Positions 10,310 through 20,676 of a DNA stretch of 64,000 nt are shown here, piece by piece. The notes below the pieces were generated by a model. That model saw only the letters and a list, made by a program, of their open reading frames with translations, had not been told where the DNA came from and ran no database searches. A program made the translations under genes and the position numbers. Source of the stretch: Candidatus Bathyarchaeota archaeon (GTDB lineage: Archaea; Thermoproteota; Bathyarchaeia; 40CM-2-53-6); contig CAVPLU010000013.1 of the NCBI GenBank assembly GCA_963706285.1, positions 32,001 through 96,000 of the forward strand. Direction: 5' to 3'. The first letter of the stretch is position 1. Each line of letters opens with the position of its first letter.

Positions 10310-11152
10310 TTGTCGATTATTCAGGCAAATCACCTGACCTTCACATACACCGGCGCTTCCACGGCCTCAATTCAAGATGTCTCGATCGCAGTTGCACCGG
10401 GTGAGTTCGTCGTCCTAACGGGCCCAAGCGGATGCGGGAAGACGACAATCTGCAGATGCCTAAACGGACTCATCCCGAACTTTTACTCGGGCGACTTTAC
10501 CGGCGAACTAATGGTTGACAATATGAATGTGAAAGATCACACAACGGCCGAGCTGGCAGCTCACGTAGGCATGGTTTTTCAAAATCCCGAAAACCAGCTC
10601 TTCTCACTAAGCGTCGAGAGAGATGTTGCCTTCGGACCCGAGAACCTGGGCCTGAGCAGAGAAGAGACAAGGAAGCGCGTCGACTGGGCTCTTGAAGCCA
10701 CCGGGATCACCCATCTCAAAGACAAGCCCCCCTACGAGCTCTCCGGAGGACAACAGCAACGAGCAGCGATCGCGTCGGTTCTAGCAATGCAACCGAAAGT
10801 CATGATCCTAGACGAGCCCACCTCGTTCCTGGACCCAAAATCAGCATTGGAGATTCTGGAAGTTATTTCTGACCTCAACGGGACGCTAGGGATGACCATT
10901 ATCCTTGTTGAACACCGACTTGATATTGTGTCCAAGCATGCAAATCGAGTCGTTGTAATGGATAGCGGAAAGATCGTCCTAGATGGCACTCCGAGCGATG
11001 TTTATGGCGAGCATGCCCGACTGATCGGAATAGGACTTCCCAGGGTCACGACGTTGTTCAACCTCCTACAAAGAGACGGTTTCGAATTCCCTCGAACACC
11101 GACTACAGTTGATGCAGCAGCAGACATTCTCAGAAAGATGTTGAGCAAATGA
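10310..11152 (+). CDS. ecfA1: ECF transporter ATPase A1
   Basis: GPSGCGKT, FQNPENQL, LSGGQQQR, LDEPT. Confidence 0.93.
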   Translation: MSIIQANHLTFTYTGASTASIQDVSIAVAPGEFVVLTGPSGCGKTTICRCLNGLIPNFYSGDFTGELMVDNMNVKDHTTAELAAHVGMVFQNPENQLFSLSVERDVAFGPENLGLSREETRKRVDWALEATGITHLKDKPPYELSGGQQQRAAIASVLAMQPKVMILDEPTSFLDPKSALEILEVISDLNGTLGMTIILVEHRLDIVSKHANRVVVMDSGKIVLDGTPSDVYGEHARLIGIGLPRVTTLFNLLQRDGFEFPRTPTTVDAAADILRKMLSK

Positions 11153-12096
11153 TAGAAACCCAGAACCTCACGTTCGCGTACCCGGGCTATCCCGATGTAC
11201 TTCGGGGCATCGACCTGACCATCAACGACGGTGAATTCGTTGCCATCATGGGAGAAAACGGAGCAGGAAAGACGACTCTAGTCAAGACCTTCAATGGCCT
11301 TCTCGCGCCCACCACTGGAAGAGTGAAGGTGGACGGCGTTGACACTCACGATTCCAGTGTCGCGAGACTCTCAAGGGACGTTGGGCTTGTGTTTCAGAAT
11401 CCAGATCACCAGCTCTTCTCCGAGACCGTCAGCGAGGAGCTCGCATTCTCACTTAGGAACTTCGGTTACAAGGAAAATACTATTGAACGACGGGTCGCTA
11501 GCATCCTAGAAACTCTTGACCTGACTCGTTATGCAGAATCATCCCCTTTCGTCTTAAGCGGAGGAGAAAGGAAGAGAGTTGCCCTAGCGGCAGTACTAGT
11601 GTGGAATCCGAAGCACGTAATCCTCGATGAACCAACTATCGGCCAAGACTATCAACAGAAGGACCGTCTGCGAAACTTCATAATCCAGCTGAATGCTCAG
11701 GGAAAGACAGTCATAATCATCACCCATGATGTCGAGTTCGTAGCGGAATGTAAACCTAGAATCGTCTTGCTATCGAAAGGACTGATCATAGGAGATCGTC
11801 CTGCAGAGGATCTTCTCACGGACGGACAACTGCTAGAGAGGGCATCGCTCACGCGACCACAGATCGGAGAGCTCATGTATCAACTCAGAGACTTCGGACT
11901 ATCCGCACGAGCTATCGATGTATACTCTGCGGAGAAGGCGATTCTGAGACGCACTAGGGGGACAGCGGTGAGTGTCGCTCAAGATTTTCGACGGTTTCAA
12001 GTTCGCCAAGCTTCCCACACCTATTCACATGATGGATCCTCGCGCCAAGTTCATCATGACGATGGGGATATTTTCCGCTGCACTTCTGTTCTCTAA
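11149..12096 (+). CDS. ecfA2: ECF transporter ATPase A2 (C-terminus probably extended by an indel)
   Basis: GENGAGKT, FQNPDHQL, LSGGERKR, LDEPT. Confidence 0.9.
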   Translation: MIETQNLTFAYPGYPDVLRGIDLTINDGEFVAIMGENGAGKTTLVKTFNGLLAPTTGRVKVDGVDTHDSSVARLSRDVGLVFQNPDHQLFSETVSEELAFSLRNFGYKENTIERRVASILETLDLTRYAESSPFVLSGGERKRVALAAVLVWNPKHVILDEPTIGQDYQQKDRLRNFIIQLNAQGKTVIIITHDVEFVAECKPRIVLLSKGLIIGDRPAEDLLTDGQLLERASLTRPQIGELMYQLRDFGLSARAIDVYSAEKAILRRTRGTAVSVAQDFRRFQVRQASHTYSHDGSSRQVHHDDGDIFRCTSVL

Positions 12097-12758
12097 CATC
12101 TACGCATTGATTGTGATCTTCCTCGTTCAACCACCGATCGTCTATCTTTCAAAGTCTTGGAAGAAATGGGTGGGATCGATGAGGGCCGGTCTTCTCCTTG
12201 CCTGTACTCATTTTCGTGATGAACTTCGTCTTTGGATCGACGTTTGTGTTCTCCGCAGCAATGACCCTTAGGTTTGTCACACTCATGTCCGCTTTTTCGT
12301 TGTTCTTCATGACTACCTCGCCCGACGATCTGGGCCTAGCTCTTGAACAAGCACACGTGCCCTACACCCTCTCGTTCACATTTACAACGGCGGTCCGATT
12401 GGTTCCGACGATGGCACTTGACGCCCAGACTGTAATAGACGCACAACGATCCAGAGGCCTAGAACTCGATAAGGGTAATTTCATGAAGCGGATAAGGAAT
12501 TACATTCCAATTCTGATCCCGCTAATAGTATCTGCTATCAGAAGGAGCATCGAGCTTGCAGAAGCCCTTGAATCAAGAGGATTCGGAGCGAGCCCGAACC
12601 GCCAACCGCTTATTGTGCTACGCATGAAATCTACCGATTACCTTGTCATCATCTTGACAGCGCTGATGTTCGCGTTGGCGGTGTACGTGTATTTCTTTGT
12701 ACCGCTCCCAACGCTTGATGTCCCGATCAAAATGCCGAAGATATTCCCGTGGTTCTAA
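11972..12758 (+). CDS. ecfT: ECF transmembrane component T (apparent +1 frameshift ~12204)
   Basis: DPRAK, AQRSRG and ALESRGF motifs split over two frames. Confidence 0.88.
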
Positions 12759-12855
12759 TTAGCAGACAATTGCACCGAGAGCTAGAGACAGTCGTTGCAG
12801 ATAGAGCACGCGAACGCAATGGCAAGAGTAAAGAGACCTTGTCTCGTTCTACCTT

Positions 12856-13470
12856 ATGATCGGTGTCTATTTGCGGCTCGAATCGTATCAGCGCGTGACC
12901 AAGGATCTCATTGAAAGTGTCAGAGAATCTCTGACCCGAGTCAACCTAGACCAAGTTGAGAAGATGATTGTGGAGATGCTCGTTTCCACCGACCGACGCA
13001 TCCTTGTCATAGGAACGGGAAGATCGGGCCTAGTTGGACGAGCTTTCGCTATGCGGCTAATGCACTTAGGCTTTCAGGTATACGTAATGGGGGAGACGAT
13101 TACACCTTCGATCGGAAGAGGCGATTTAGTCCTTGCATTGTCAGGGTCGGGCACAACCAAACTGGTGGTTACGGCAGCGGAGATTGGCAAGACTGTTGGC
13201 GCAAAGATCATAGCCGTTACATCCTACCCAGACTCTGACATAGCAAAATTGGCAGATCACATAGTAGTAATCAAAGGCCGCACCAAAGTCGCGGATGAAC
13301 AGGACTACTTCCTGCGACAGCTGATGGGGGAACATGAACCAATGGCTCCCCTTGGCACCGTCTTCGAAATCAGCATGATGACTTTCTTGGACGGAGTCGT
13401 TGTAGAACTAATGCGACGCCTCGGCCTTACCGAGAAAGAATTGAGAAAAAGACACGCGACAATCGAATAG
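12856..13470 (+). CDS. phi: 6-phospho-3-hexuloisomerase
   Basis: SIS domain, GRSGLVGRAFAMRLMHLG, SGSGTT, APLGTVFE, RHATIE. Confidence 0.93.
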   Translation: MIGVYLRLESYQRVTKDLIESVRESLTRVNLDQVEKMIVEMLVSTDRRILVIGTGRSGLVGRAFAMRLMHLGFQVYVMGETITPSIGRGDLVLALSGSGTTKLVVTAAEIGKTVGAKIIAVTSYPDSDIAKLADHIVVIKGRTKVADEQDYFLRQLMGEHEPMAPLGTVFEISMMTFLDGVVVELMRRLGLTEKELRKRHATIE

Positions 13471-13614
13471 CCCACGATCCCACGCAGATCGCGGATGTTG
13501 CTGGTTTCGCGATAAACGTGGAGCCAAGGACGAGTAATGGCCTGCATGCCGGTAAGGATCACTGAGTGAAAGGCTTTTTGCGGACTGAAGAGAGGTCTTG
13601 ACAACGAGCGAACC

Positions 13615-14929
13615 ATGTCTCTTCTTGTTCGTAATTGCTCTTGGATAGTGACTCAGGACGCCTCTAGAAATGTTCTCAGGAACTCCTCGGTATATGTCAA
13701 AGACGGGCGGATTGCAGAGATCGGCGAGAAGGTGTCGAGCGACGCTGATCGAGTTCTAGATGCACAAGGGATGATCCTTCTACCTGGGCTTGTCAACGTC
13801 CATACCCACGTCCCGATGGTTATCTTCAGGGGATACGCTGACGACATGCAACTACAGGAGTGGCATAGCAAAAGAATCTGGAAACTTGAGCCTAACATGA
13901 CAGGGGAGACTTGCTACTGGGGAAACATGCTTGGATGCCTAGAAATGATTTCCTCCGGTACCACGACTTTCAACGACATGTACTTCTTCGTTGAGGAAGA
14001 GGTAAAGGCGGTTTGTGAGGCAGGCCTTAGAGCAGTTCTATCTTCAGTCGTCATAGACGACACTCCTGATCCGAAACTCCGCAAAGAGAACGCTAGCAAA
14101 GTGCTTGACTTTCTCAAACGGTTGAGAAACGATCTTATTACACCTGCAATAGCACCGCACGCGATCTATTCCTGTTCAGAAGAAACGCTCCTCTGGGCGA
14201 AGGAGACAGCTGACAGGGAACACATTTCAGTTCACACCCACATGGCGGAAACGAAAATAGAGCAGGCTGACGTAGAGAACAAACGAAAGATGAAAGTCGT
14301 CGAATATCTAGACAGAATCGGTTTCCTCGGCTCCAATGTTATTGGAGCACACTGCGTATGGCTCAGCAGCAACGAGATTAAACTGTTAGGAAAATCAGGC
14401 ACAAAAGTGGCTCATTGTCCTGTGTCGAACATGAAACTCGCCGTAGGCGGGACGGCACCGGTTCCAGAGATGCTGCGAAGCGGTGTCTCTGTCGGGCTTG
14501 GCACCGATGGTGCAGCAAGCAACAATACTTTGGACATGTTCGAGACTATGAAAGTCTGTGCACTTTTGCACAAACATTCACGTTCGGATCCCACCGTATT
14601 GCCAGCTCAAATGGCTCTTGACCTCGCAACCAGAGAAGGAGCCAAAGCGTTGGGTATGGAGGAGGACTATCGGAAGCATAGAAGCAGGCAAGTTAGCCGA
14701 CATGATCCTCGTGGATACTCGCGGCCCTAACCTGATGCCGATCCACGGGAAAGACACTGTGATCTCTGATCTTGTCTACTCGGCAGGCCGCGCCAATGTC
14801 GACTCAACCATCGTTAATGGTCGCCTCTTAATGGAAAAGCGCCAGTTCACCACGCTAGATCCGAAGATGATCATGGACAATGTTGACCGAGTAACACAGG
14901 ATCTGCTCGCTCGTTCGAGCAAGAGCTAG
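13615..14929 (+). CDS. Amidohydrolase, MtaD-like deaminase (apparent +1 frameshift ~14665)
   Basis: PGLVNVHTH, HTHMAE, AHCV, GTDGAASNN; GSIEAGKLAD continues in the next frame. Confidence 0.88.
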
Positions 14930-15633
14930 GCGGATTTTTCGGCTAAATCGGCTCTGATAATATCGAGGTAGCCAGAGTCTCCTTTCCAAGTCGGCCGTGC
15001 TTCAGCAATTCGAATTCTTTTCGCAAAAATGGGGGCGTCTGTTACGTAGGTTTCTGCTTCGCCTCCTTCGAAGACCAGGCTGATTCCGTACTTTCTGTTG
15101 ATGTCTTTTAGTTCGTCTATGGCTTCGCTGTCGATTTTACGTCCGAGCCAGCTCGAGTCTAGGCCCATAGCCATGCATGCTGTCAGTATGAACTGGAAGC
15201 CCATCTGAACTTGCTCTCTCAGCAGGCCTTCCGGGTCTCTCCTCCACAAAGGAGCGATCGATCGGAGACCAAGCTCGCTGCAGATTCTCTCTATGCGTGA
15301 ATTCTGGTATTCACTGGCAATTGCGCCCGTTACAACACAGTCAATCTTGTGCGTGTTGGCAAGTCCCAGCAGCGCTTCCTTCATGGGTCGAAGTTCCTCC
15401 TCTTTGATGCCCGAAGCCCTTGCGGTTACTTGCGTAATGCCGATGGCCTCAGCCTGAAGGCGAGTCCACTCCAGGCCCGGATGATGAAACATCCATGAAT
15501 CGCTCCGTTCAGGAAAAATCGTGAGAAGGCATACTACCTCGTGCGCTTGATGAATAGCCCACCAGAGTGCGAAGGTGCTGTCTTTTCCTCCGCTGAACAG
15601 CACACAAGTTCGCAACCTAAGCGCCTGCCTCAT
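14926..15633 (-). CDS. dph6: Diphthine-ammonia ligase family ATP pyrophosphatase
   Basis: LFSGGKDS, SWMFH, GAIASEYQ, PLW, EGGEAET. Confidence 0.9.
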   Translation of the reverse strand: MRQALRLRTCVLFSGGKDSTFALWWAIHQAHEVVCLLTIFPERSDSWMFHHPGLEWTRLQAEAIGITQVTARASGIKEEELRPMKEALLGLANTHKIDCVVTGAIASEYQNSRIERICSELGLRSIAPLWRRDPEGLLREQVQMGFQFILTACMAMGLDSSWLGRKIDSEAIDELKDINRKYGISLVFEGGEAETYVTDAPIFAKRIRIAEARPTWKGDSGYLDIIRADLAEKSA

Positions 15634-15690
15634 TCAGTTGCCAAGCATCGATCTTGGGCGACCTAGCCAGATAGCCTTCGCATATCACGC

Positions 15691-16008
15691 TCACGTTTTG
15701 CTCCACGAATGCTGACACTTTGTGCATCTCAAGCGCTCTATTGATCTCTCTTGCCTGATCCCCGCATGCTCTCCGGCTACGGCAGAAACGCTGCGATAGG
15801 CTTCGGGATTGCCGCATTGAGGGCATGTTTCGTGAACCGTCACATACTCAGCTTCTTTCTTCTCGACCACTTCAATCCCAGAGGATTGAGAATGCTCAAT
15901 ATGTCGAACTTGGACTGCTTGATCATGAACTTGATTCCCACACTTGGGACAAGAGAACCCGCCGGATACCTTCTGCATGTATGATCCACATTTCTCACAA
16001 AACTTCAA
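15691..16008 (-). CDS. TFS/RpoM-family paralog without the canonical acidic hairpin
   Basis: TTG start giving MKFCEKCG, two Zn ribbons; no QTRSADEP. Confidence 0.8.
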   Translation of the reverse strand: MKFCEKCGSYMQKVSGGFSCPKCGNQVHDQAVQVRHIEHSQSSGIEVVEKKEAEYVTVHETCPQCGNPEAYRSVSAVAGEHAGIRQERSIERLRCTKCQHSWSKT

Positions 16009-16102
16009 GCATTTCCACCAGCAATGATTCCAATCATTATCAGAACCCTCTAGACTCGCACGAACAAAGTACGGACAGGTGTTCCACTCGATAAGATGCT
16101 TG

Positions 16103-17701
16103 TCAATTAAGCATACCCTTTCTGGCAAATTGCTTGTCGTAGAGGCTTTGCAGTCGTTGCAGGGAATCTACCTCGTCGACACTCTTGTCATTTCTGATTC
16201 TTGCTATTCTTGCGAATCTCAACGCAAAACCGGACTTGTAGTGTGGGCTTCGTTGAATTTCATCGTATGCAACTTCGACTACTATACTGGGTTTAACGGT
16301 GACGGTGAAGCCTGTTTCCGATATTTTCAGTTCTCGGAGTCTGTTGGTCATCTCTCTGAACTCTTCATCGGTCAGGCCCTTGAAGGTCTTCCCTACTACC
16401 AGAAACCCACCGGCGTTCTCGTCTCGAACTGCTAGGTGATAGTTGGATAGCCAGCCAGTTCTGCGTCCATATCCCCAGTCTGCCGCAACGATGACTAGGT
16501 CCAGTGTCTCCGCTCGCTTCAGCTTGAACCATCTTTTGCCTCTTTTTCCGACCTCATATTTGCTATCCAAGGCTTTCGCCATCAGGCCCTCGTGTCCCTC
16601 GGCAAGCGCCTTGTCGAAGAGAGATTCAATCTCCGCCTCGTCTCTGGAAATTTGGCGAGGCACTAGCAGTTCCTGCGGAACATCTTGCTCCAAGATCTCT
16701 CGTCTTTCATTGTAGCTTCTATTCACTAACTCGTTGTCGCCCAGAACAAGAATGTCGAAAAGATGCAGCTGCAGAGGGATTTCAGTGGTAGCCCTCGCAA
16801 TGTCATGAACTCGCCGAAATCGACGCATGAGATCCTGGAACGGCAGAGGTCTTCCACTCCCATCGACAGCTATTACCTCCGCCTCGAGGAGAACTCGTTT
16901 GCTTCTCACACGATCTCTGGCGATCGTTACGATCTCTGGGATACTTGCGGTGACATCGCTTAGCCTCCTACTGAAGATGCGGACTTTTTCACCCTGTTTA
17001 TGGATCTGCACTCGCGCACCGTCGTACTTGTATTCGAATCCAGTGCCATGCCTGTGGCATTCAAGAACGTCTCGGATGCTACTTGCCATTTCTGCTAGCA
17101 TGGGCCTGACAGGATTGAATATGATGATCTTCGCTGTCTCCACTGCATTCGGGTCCGCGAGGGCCAGTTCTGCAATATGTCCGATGTCGCCCATCGTCAT
17201 GTAGGCCCGGCGTACCTTCTCTAAGCTGAGTTTGGAAGCGACTGCGATCGCGGCTAGTAGGACCCCATCTACTGCACCTATCTCCATCTCACCGGAGAGT
17301 AATCTGAAGACGTATTTCCTCTCAAGCTCACTAAATCTTGAGAATAGTCCCTGGAGAATATTCTCGGCTCGCTGTTGCCTATCTGGGCCGCTCAAAGAAG
17401 AAAGTGACTCGAAGGCTTTGCCCACGTCGAGTATGCTCAGCCTCGTCTCGGTCGGTAGCAAGGAAACTTGCAGGCTATCTGCTTTAGCAAGTCTCCAAAG
17501 AGCGGCAGCGCCTACACCTAGCGTTTTCATCTCCTGTTCGCCAAACACGCGACCCGTGAGGAAACGAACCGCAAATGGAACTTCGGCGGGCTGAAGACTA
17601 GAGATGAACCTCGAGATCTGCTGCACCTTTTCGCTACGGCTTCTAGTTGCTTCCAATCTCTTGCAGAGTTCAGCGAAATCCAGAAAGGAAGTTGTGGGCA
17701 C
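16103..17701 (-). CDS. lig: ATP-dependent DNA ligase
   Basis: EYKYDGAR, EGLMAK, WFKLK, LRFAR. Confidence 0.96.
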   Translation of the reverse strand: MPTTSFLDFAELCKRLEATRSRSEKVQQISRFISSLQPAEVPFAVRFLTGRVFGEQEMKTLGVGAAALWRLAKADSLQVSLLPTETRLSILDVGKAFESLSSLSGPDRQQRAENILQGLFSRFSELERKYVFRLLSGEMEIGAVDGVLLAAIAVASKLSLEKVRRAYMTMGDIGHIAELALADPNAVETAKIIIFNPVRPMLAEMASSIRDVLECHRHGTGFEYKYDGARVQIHKQGEKVRIFSRRLSDVTASIPEIVTIARDRVRSKRVLLEAEVIAVDGSGRPLPFQDLMRRFRRVHDIARATTEIPLQLHLFDILVLGDNELVNRSYNERREILEQDVPQELLVPRQISRDEAEIESLFDKALAEGHEGLMAKALDSKYEVGKRGKRWFKLKRAETLDLVIVAADWGYGRRTGWLSNYHLAVRDENAGGFLVVGKTFKGLTDEEFREMTNRLRELKISETGFTVTVKPSIVVEVAYDEIQRSPHYKSGFALRFARIARIRNDKSVDEVDSLQRLQSLYDKQFARKGMLN

Positions 17702-17736
17702 CTTTCGTCACATCGACATAAGTTGGACCTTATTCA

Positions 17737-18780
17737 TTAGCTCAGCCAACGAACCAAGTCGAATTCCCCGCTAGGTTTGGATATCTTTCTCAAGCGTTCC
17801 AACGCAACGTTCACTCGCTCCCGTGAGAAACCTCTTTCGTCGCACAGGAAGCTCACTAGTCCCTCCTCATCAACGGATCTCTGCAGAGTTGAGTACTCCG
17901 TCGTGACATTCGGCTTTAGGAATATGTTCCGTAGGGTTCCTATATCGACTGGCAGTTTATCTTTCAGGTCATCCGGTAGGGCTTCGAGCGACTCGTAACG
18001 TTTGATTAGCTTGAGCGCAGTCTTCGGACCTATCCCCTTGACACCCTTGTTGAAGTCGGTTCCAATCAATATCGCCAGATCTACAAGCTGAGCCTGCGTT
18101 ATTCCGTGATAGCTGAGAAAGGTTGAGAGCTCTATCAGTTCAGGCCTCAATGGACGGGAGATGCCTTTGCTCGGCAGGAACTTGCGGCCAGAAATGGTGA
18201 GATATCGCACAACGCGGGGACTGCCGAACAGTATTGAGTCATAATCTTGGCTGCTGGTTGCCCAGACGTCTCCACACGAATTCATGAATGCTGCCTGTGC
18301 CTCACCTTCGCCGGGTGCCTGGACATAGGGTACACCAATGAGCGACAGCAAGCGCTTTGCATCATCTATCATTGCCTGATCGAGTTTGCTCATCATCACC
18401 GCCTTGGACCAAGCAGTGTGGAAATCATGCCTTCGCAGCGCCTCACTCCATTCCGCCCTTGCTTTTTCTCTAACAGTTCTTCTCTCAGCCAGCACCCTCG
18501 CCTTCAACGGGTGCGGTTGACCATCAAAGACGAATACCAATCTCAAATCATAGTCAAGCATGAGCCGTGTGGATCGAAACAGCAATCCAGCCAAATGTGA
18601 AGTTGTTCGACCGTTCGGATCCTTGAGCGAAACACCATTCGCTGTCCTGATCAGCGACAAAAATTGGTAGAGGGTGTTGTTGGCGTCAACAACTAGCAAC
18701 CTTCGTCGCAATTGCTCAAGCTTGATTTCCGTTCGAACAATTATTGGGCGAAGGTTGCAGCCCAACTTCGAGACTTCCAA
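17737..18780 (-). CDS. fen: Flap endonuclease 1
   Basis: YQFLSLIR, FVFDG, GEGEAQAA, SQDYD, GTDFN, GIGPKTA. Confidence 0.96.
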   Translation of the reverse strand: MEVSKLGCNLRPIIVRTEIKLEQLRRRLLVVDANNTLYQFLSLIRTANGVSLKDPNGRTTSHLAGLLFRSTRLMLDYDLRLVFVFDGQPHPLKARVLAERRTVREKARAEWSEALRRHDFHTAWSKAVMMSKLDQAMIDDAKRLLSLIGVPYVQAPGEGEAQAAFMNSCGDVWATSSQDYDSILFGSPRVVRYLTISGRKFLPSKGISRPLRPELIELSTFLSYHGITQAQLVDLAILIGTDFNKGVKGIGPKTALKLIKRYESLEALPDDLKDKLPVDIGTLRNIFLKPNVTTEYSTLQRSVDEEGLVSFLCDERGFSRERVNVALERLRKISKPSGEFDLVRWLS

Positions 18781-18825
18781 TGGCGCGTGACGCAGGCGTC
18801 ATAATCTTTGTGCGAGCGTACAGGT

Positions 18826-19965
18826 TCATGAATAGCCTAGATAGCTATTGACGGATTTCACGTCGAACTTGTCGGTGTCAAGAACGGCGCGTATGAAGTT
18901 GAAGAATCGTCTCCTGTTGTCTCTCCCCAAGTTGGGATACCAGATGGGACTCGCGACAACTAAAGATCTCCAAACATAGAAGGGCTGGATCACTTCAAGC
19001 AATTCATCGTCCCTTGTCGCGTCAAAGTAGGTTTTCATAAACAGCTCGTAGAGTTGATCAAACGGGCTGGCCAGTCTGCCGTGTACCTGGATTGAGAACA
19101 AGAGATAGTTGATAGACATCGCTGCCACATCATCCGCCGCTTCGCCCCATTCTGCTCGACTCCGATCCAAAGCCGTGAAGTCGGTTCCCTTTCGGAACAT
19201 GACGTTGAAGGGATGAAAGTCACCGTGGACTCTGCTTAGAGGACGAGACTTGTCCTTGAGCTTCCACCGCCACTCAACACACTTCTTCTCAATCTCCTTG
19301 AGCTCCCCTTTCTCTAGGAAATCTGCTTCCTTTGAGTAGCTGTCAATCAGGCCCATGATGCACTCTCCGTGACCAACCAGATCCCGCACTGTCCGCACGT
19401 ACAGGTCAGGCGCTTCTCTCTTGACCTTATGAAGACGAGCGATGTAGTTCGCGAGAGCCACGCATCTTCTCAGATCCGTCTGCGTCATGACGCCTGAATC
19501 TCTGATTCTTTCAAGGTCCTTGTAGTAGCCTTCACCGTCGACTTTCTCGAGTAGGATAAAGAATTCTGAGAAGTCGCCCACGGACCTAAGTTCATTCTTC
19601 TTGGTGAACACTCCAACATCAAGAGACCGAACATGCTTCGGCAGACGATTGTACGTGCTATGAGCGAAGAGGAGTGATTGTGCTCTGTCCCATGGGAAGT
19701 TGTGACCGAACCCGCCTGGGCGCATTGTTTCTAGAACGCCGGCCTTCACGCTTCTCCCAACCTTGTATTCGATCAGATAGGGGGTCCCGTATCCGAAGCC
19801 CTTCAGTTTCCCAACAAGTTTCGTCCTCTTCGGCCTCTGAAGACCTCCCACACGCACGATCTCTACGTCTCGCTTCTCAAGCGAGCTCAAGTAGTCTCTC
19901 AATGCGTCAAGTCTCAAGTCAGCCATCTTGTGTGCTTCCAGTTCAAGCAGAGCGCACATTTGCAC
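18826..19965 (-). CDS. APH/choline-kinase-like phosphotransferase
   Basis: HGDFHPFN Brenner-type motif, LDRSR. Confidence 0.8.
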   Translation of the reverse strand: MQMCALLELEAHKMADLRLDALRDYLSSLEKRDVEIVRVGGLQRPKRTKLVGKLKGFGYGTPYLIEYKVGRSVKAGVLETMRPGGFGHNFPWDRAQSLLFAHSTYNRLPKHVRSLDVGVFTKKNELRSVGDFSEFFILLEKVDGEGYYKDLERIRDSGVMTQTDLRRCVALANYIARLHKVKREAPDLYVRTVRDLVGHGECIMGLIDSYSKEADFLEKGELKEIEKKCVEWRWKLKDKSRPLSRVHGDFHPFNVMFRKGTDFTALDRSRAEWGEAADDVAAMSINYLLFSIQVHGRLASPFDQLYELFMKTYFDATRDDELLEVIQPFYVWRSLVVASPIWYPNLGRDNRRRFFNFIRAVLDTDKFDVKSVNSYLGYS

Positions 19966-19989
19966 AAAACACTAGCGTTTTGACGCCGT

Positions 19990-20547
19990 TCAATGAGAGC
20001 AATGGCTGTATCTGTCTATGATGAATCTCACTATCTGCTCCGCCGACTGGTTGGGTCTGAGCTTTGACGTGTTCACTTCAAGTTCTGGATGGAGGGGGGC
20101 TTCATATGGAACTCCAATTCCTGGAACGGTTTTGCTGGCGCCCGTTCTTGCCTTGTCATAGATCCGCGATGGTGCCCCGAAGCTTCTTTTCCGTCTTCTT
20201 TCTCGTTCCATGCAGACTTCAAGCGGACACTTGATGTAGACTTCGCCAAAACGCGGGATGCTCCGCCTTGCCGCGGTACGATACATTCGTCTATTGGCAG
20301 TGGCATCGATGATGACGTTAGTTCCATTCTGGGTGAGCATTTTGGCAACGAGTACCAGCGCTCCATAGACGATTCGCCTTTCCTCCTCAGTGTACTCTGG
20401 TTTGGGTGTGAGTGACTCTCTCACCATTTCAACTGAGAGCACCTGAGCCTGAACGCGTCGAGCAAGGAGCTTTCTCGCAACGAGGCGAGCGAGCGTGGAC
20501 TTGCCGCTTCCAGGCATTCCAGTAAGCCAGATTGCCCATCCTCTCAT
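19990..20547 (-). CDS. Adenylylsulfate-kinase-like P-loop kinase
   Basis: IWLTGMPGSGKST, YIKCPLEVC, PYEAP. Confidence 0.82.
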   Translation of the reverse strand: MRGWAIWLTGMPGSGKSTLARLVARKLLARRVQAQVLSVEMVRESLTPKPEYTEEERRIVYGALVLVAKMLTQNGTNVIIDATANRRMYRTAARRSIPRFGEVYIKCPLEVCMERERRRKRSFGAPSRIYDKARTGASKTVPGIGVPYEAPLHPELEVNTSKLRPNQSAEQIVRFIIDRYSHCSH

Positions 20548-20676
20548 TGTGAAACCTTCGTTGGAACTCGCGAACTCCGTTGTGAGATCTTTTCGAGTTC
20601 GGATTCGAGCTGGAAAAGTATAAAAGGCATCTGAAGGTTGTGCAGCCCACTTTCAAAGTGAAGATAGGAGATTGAG

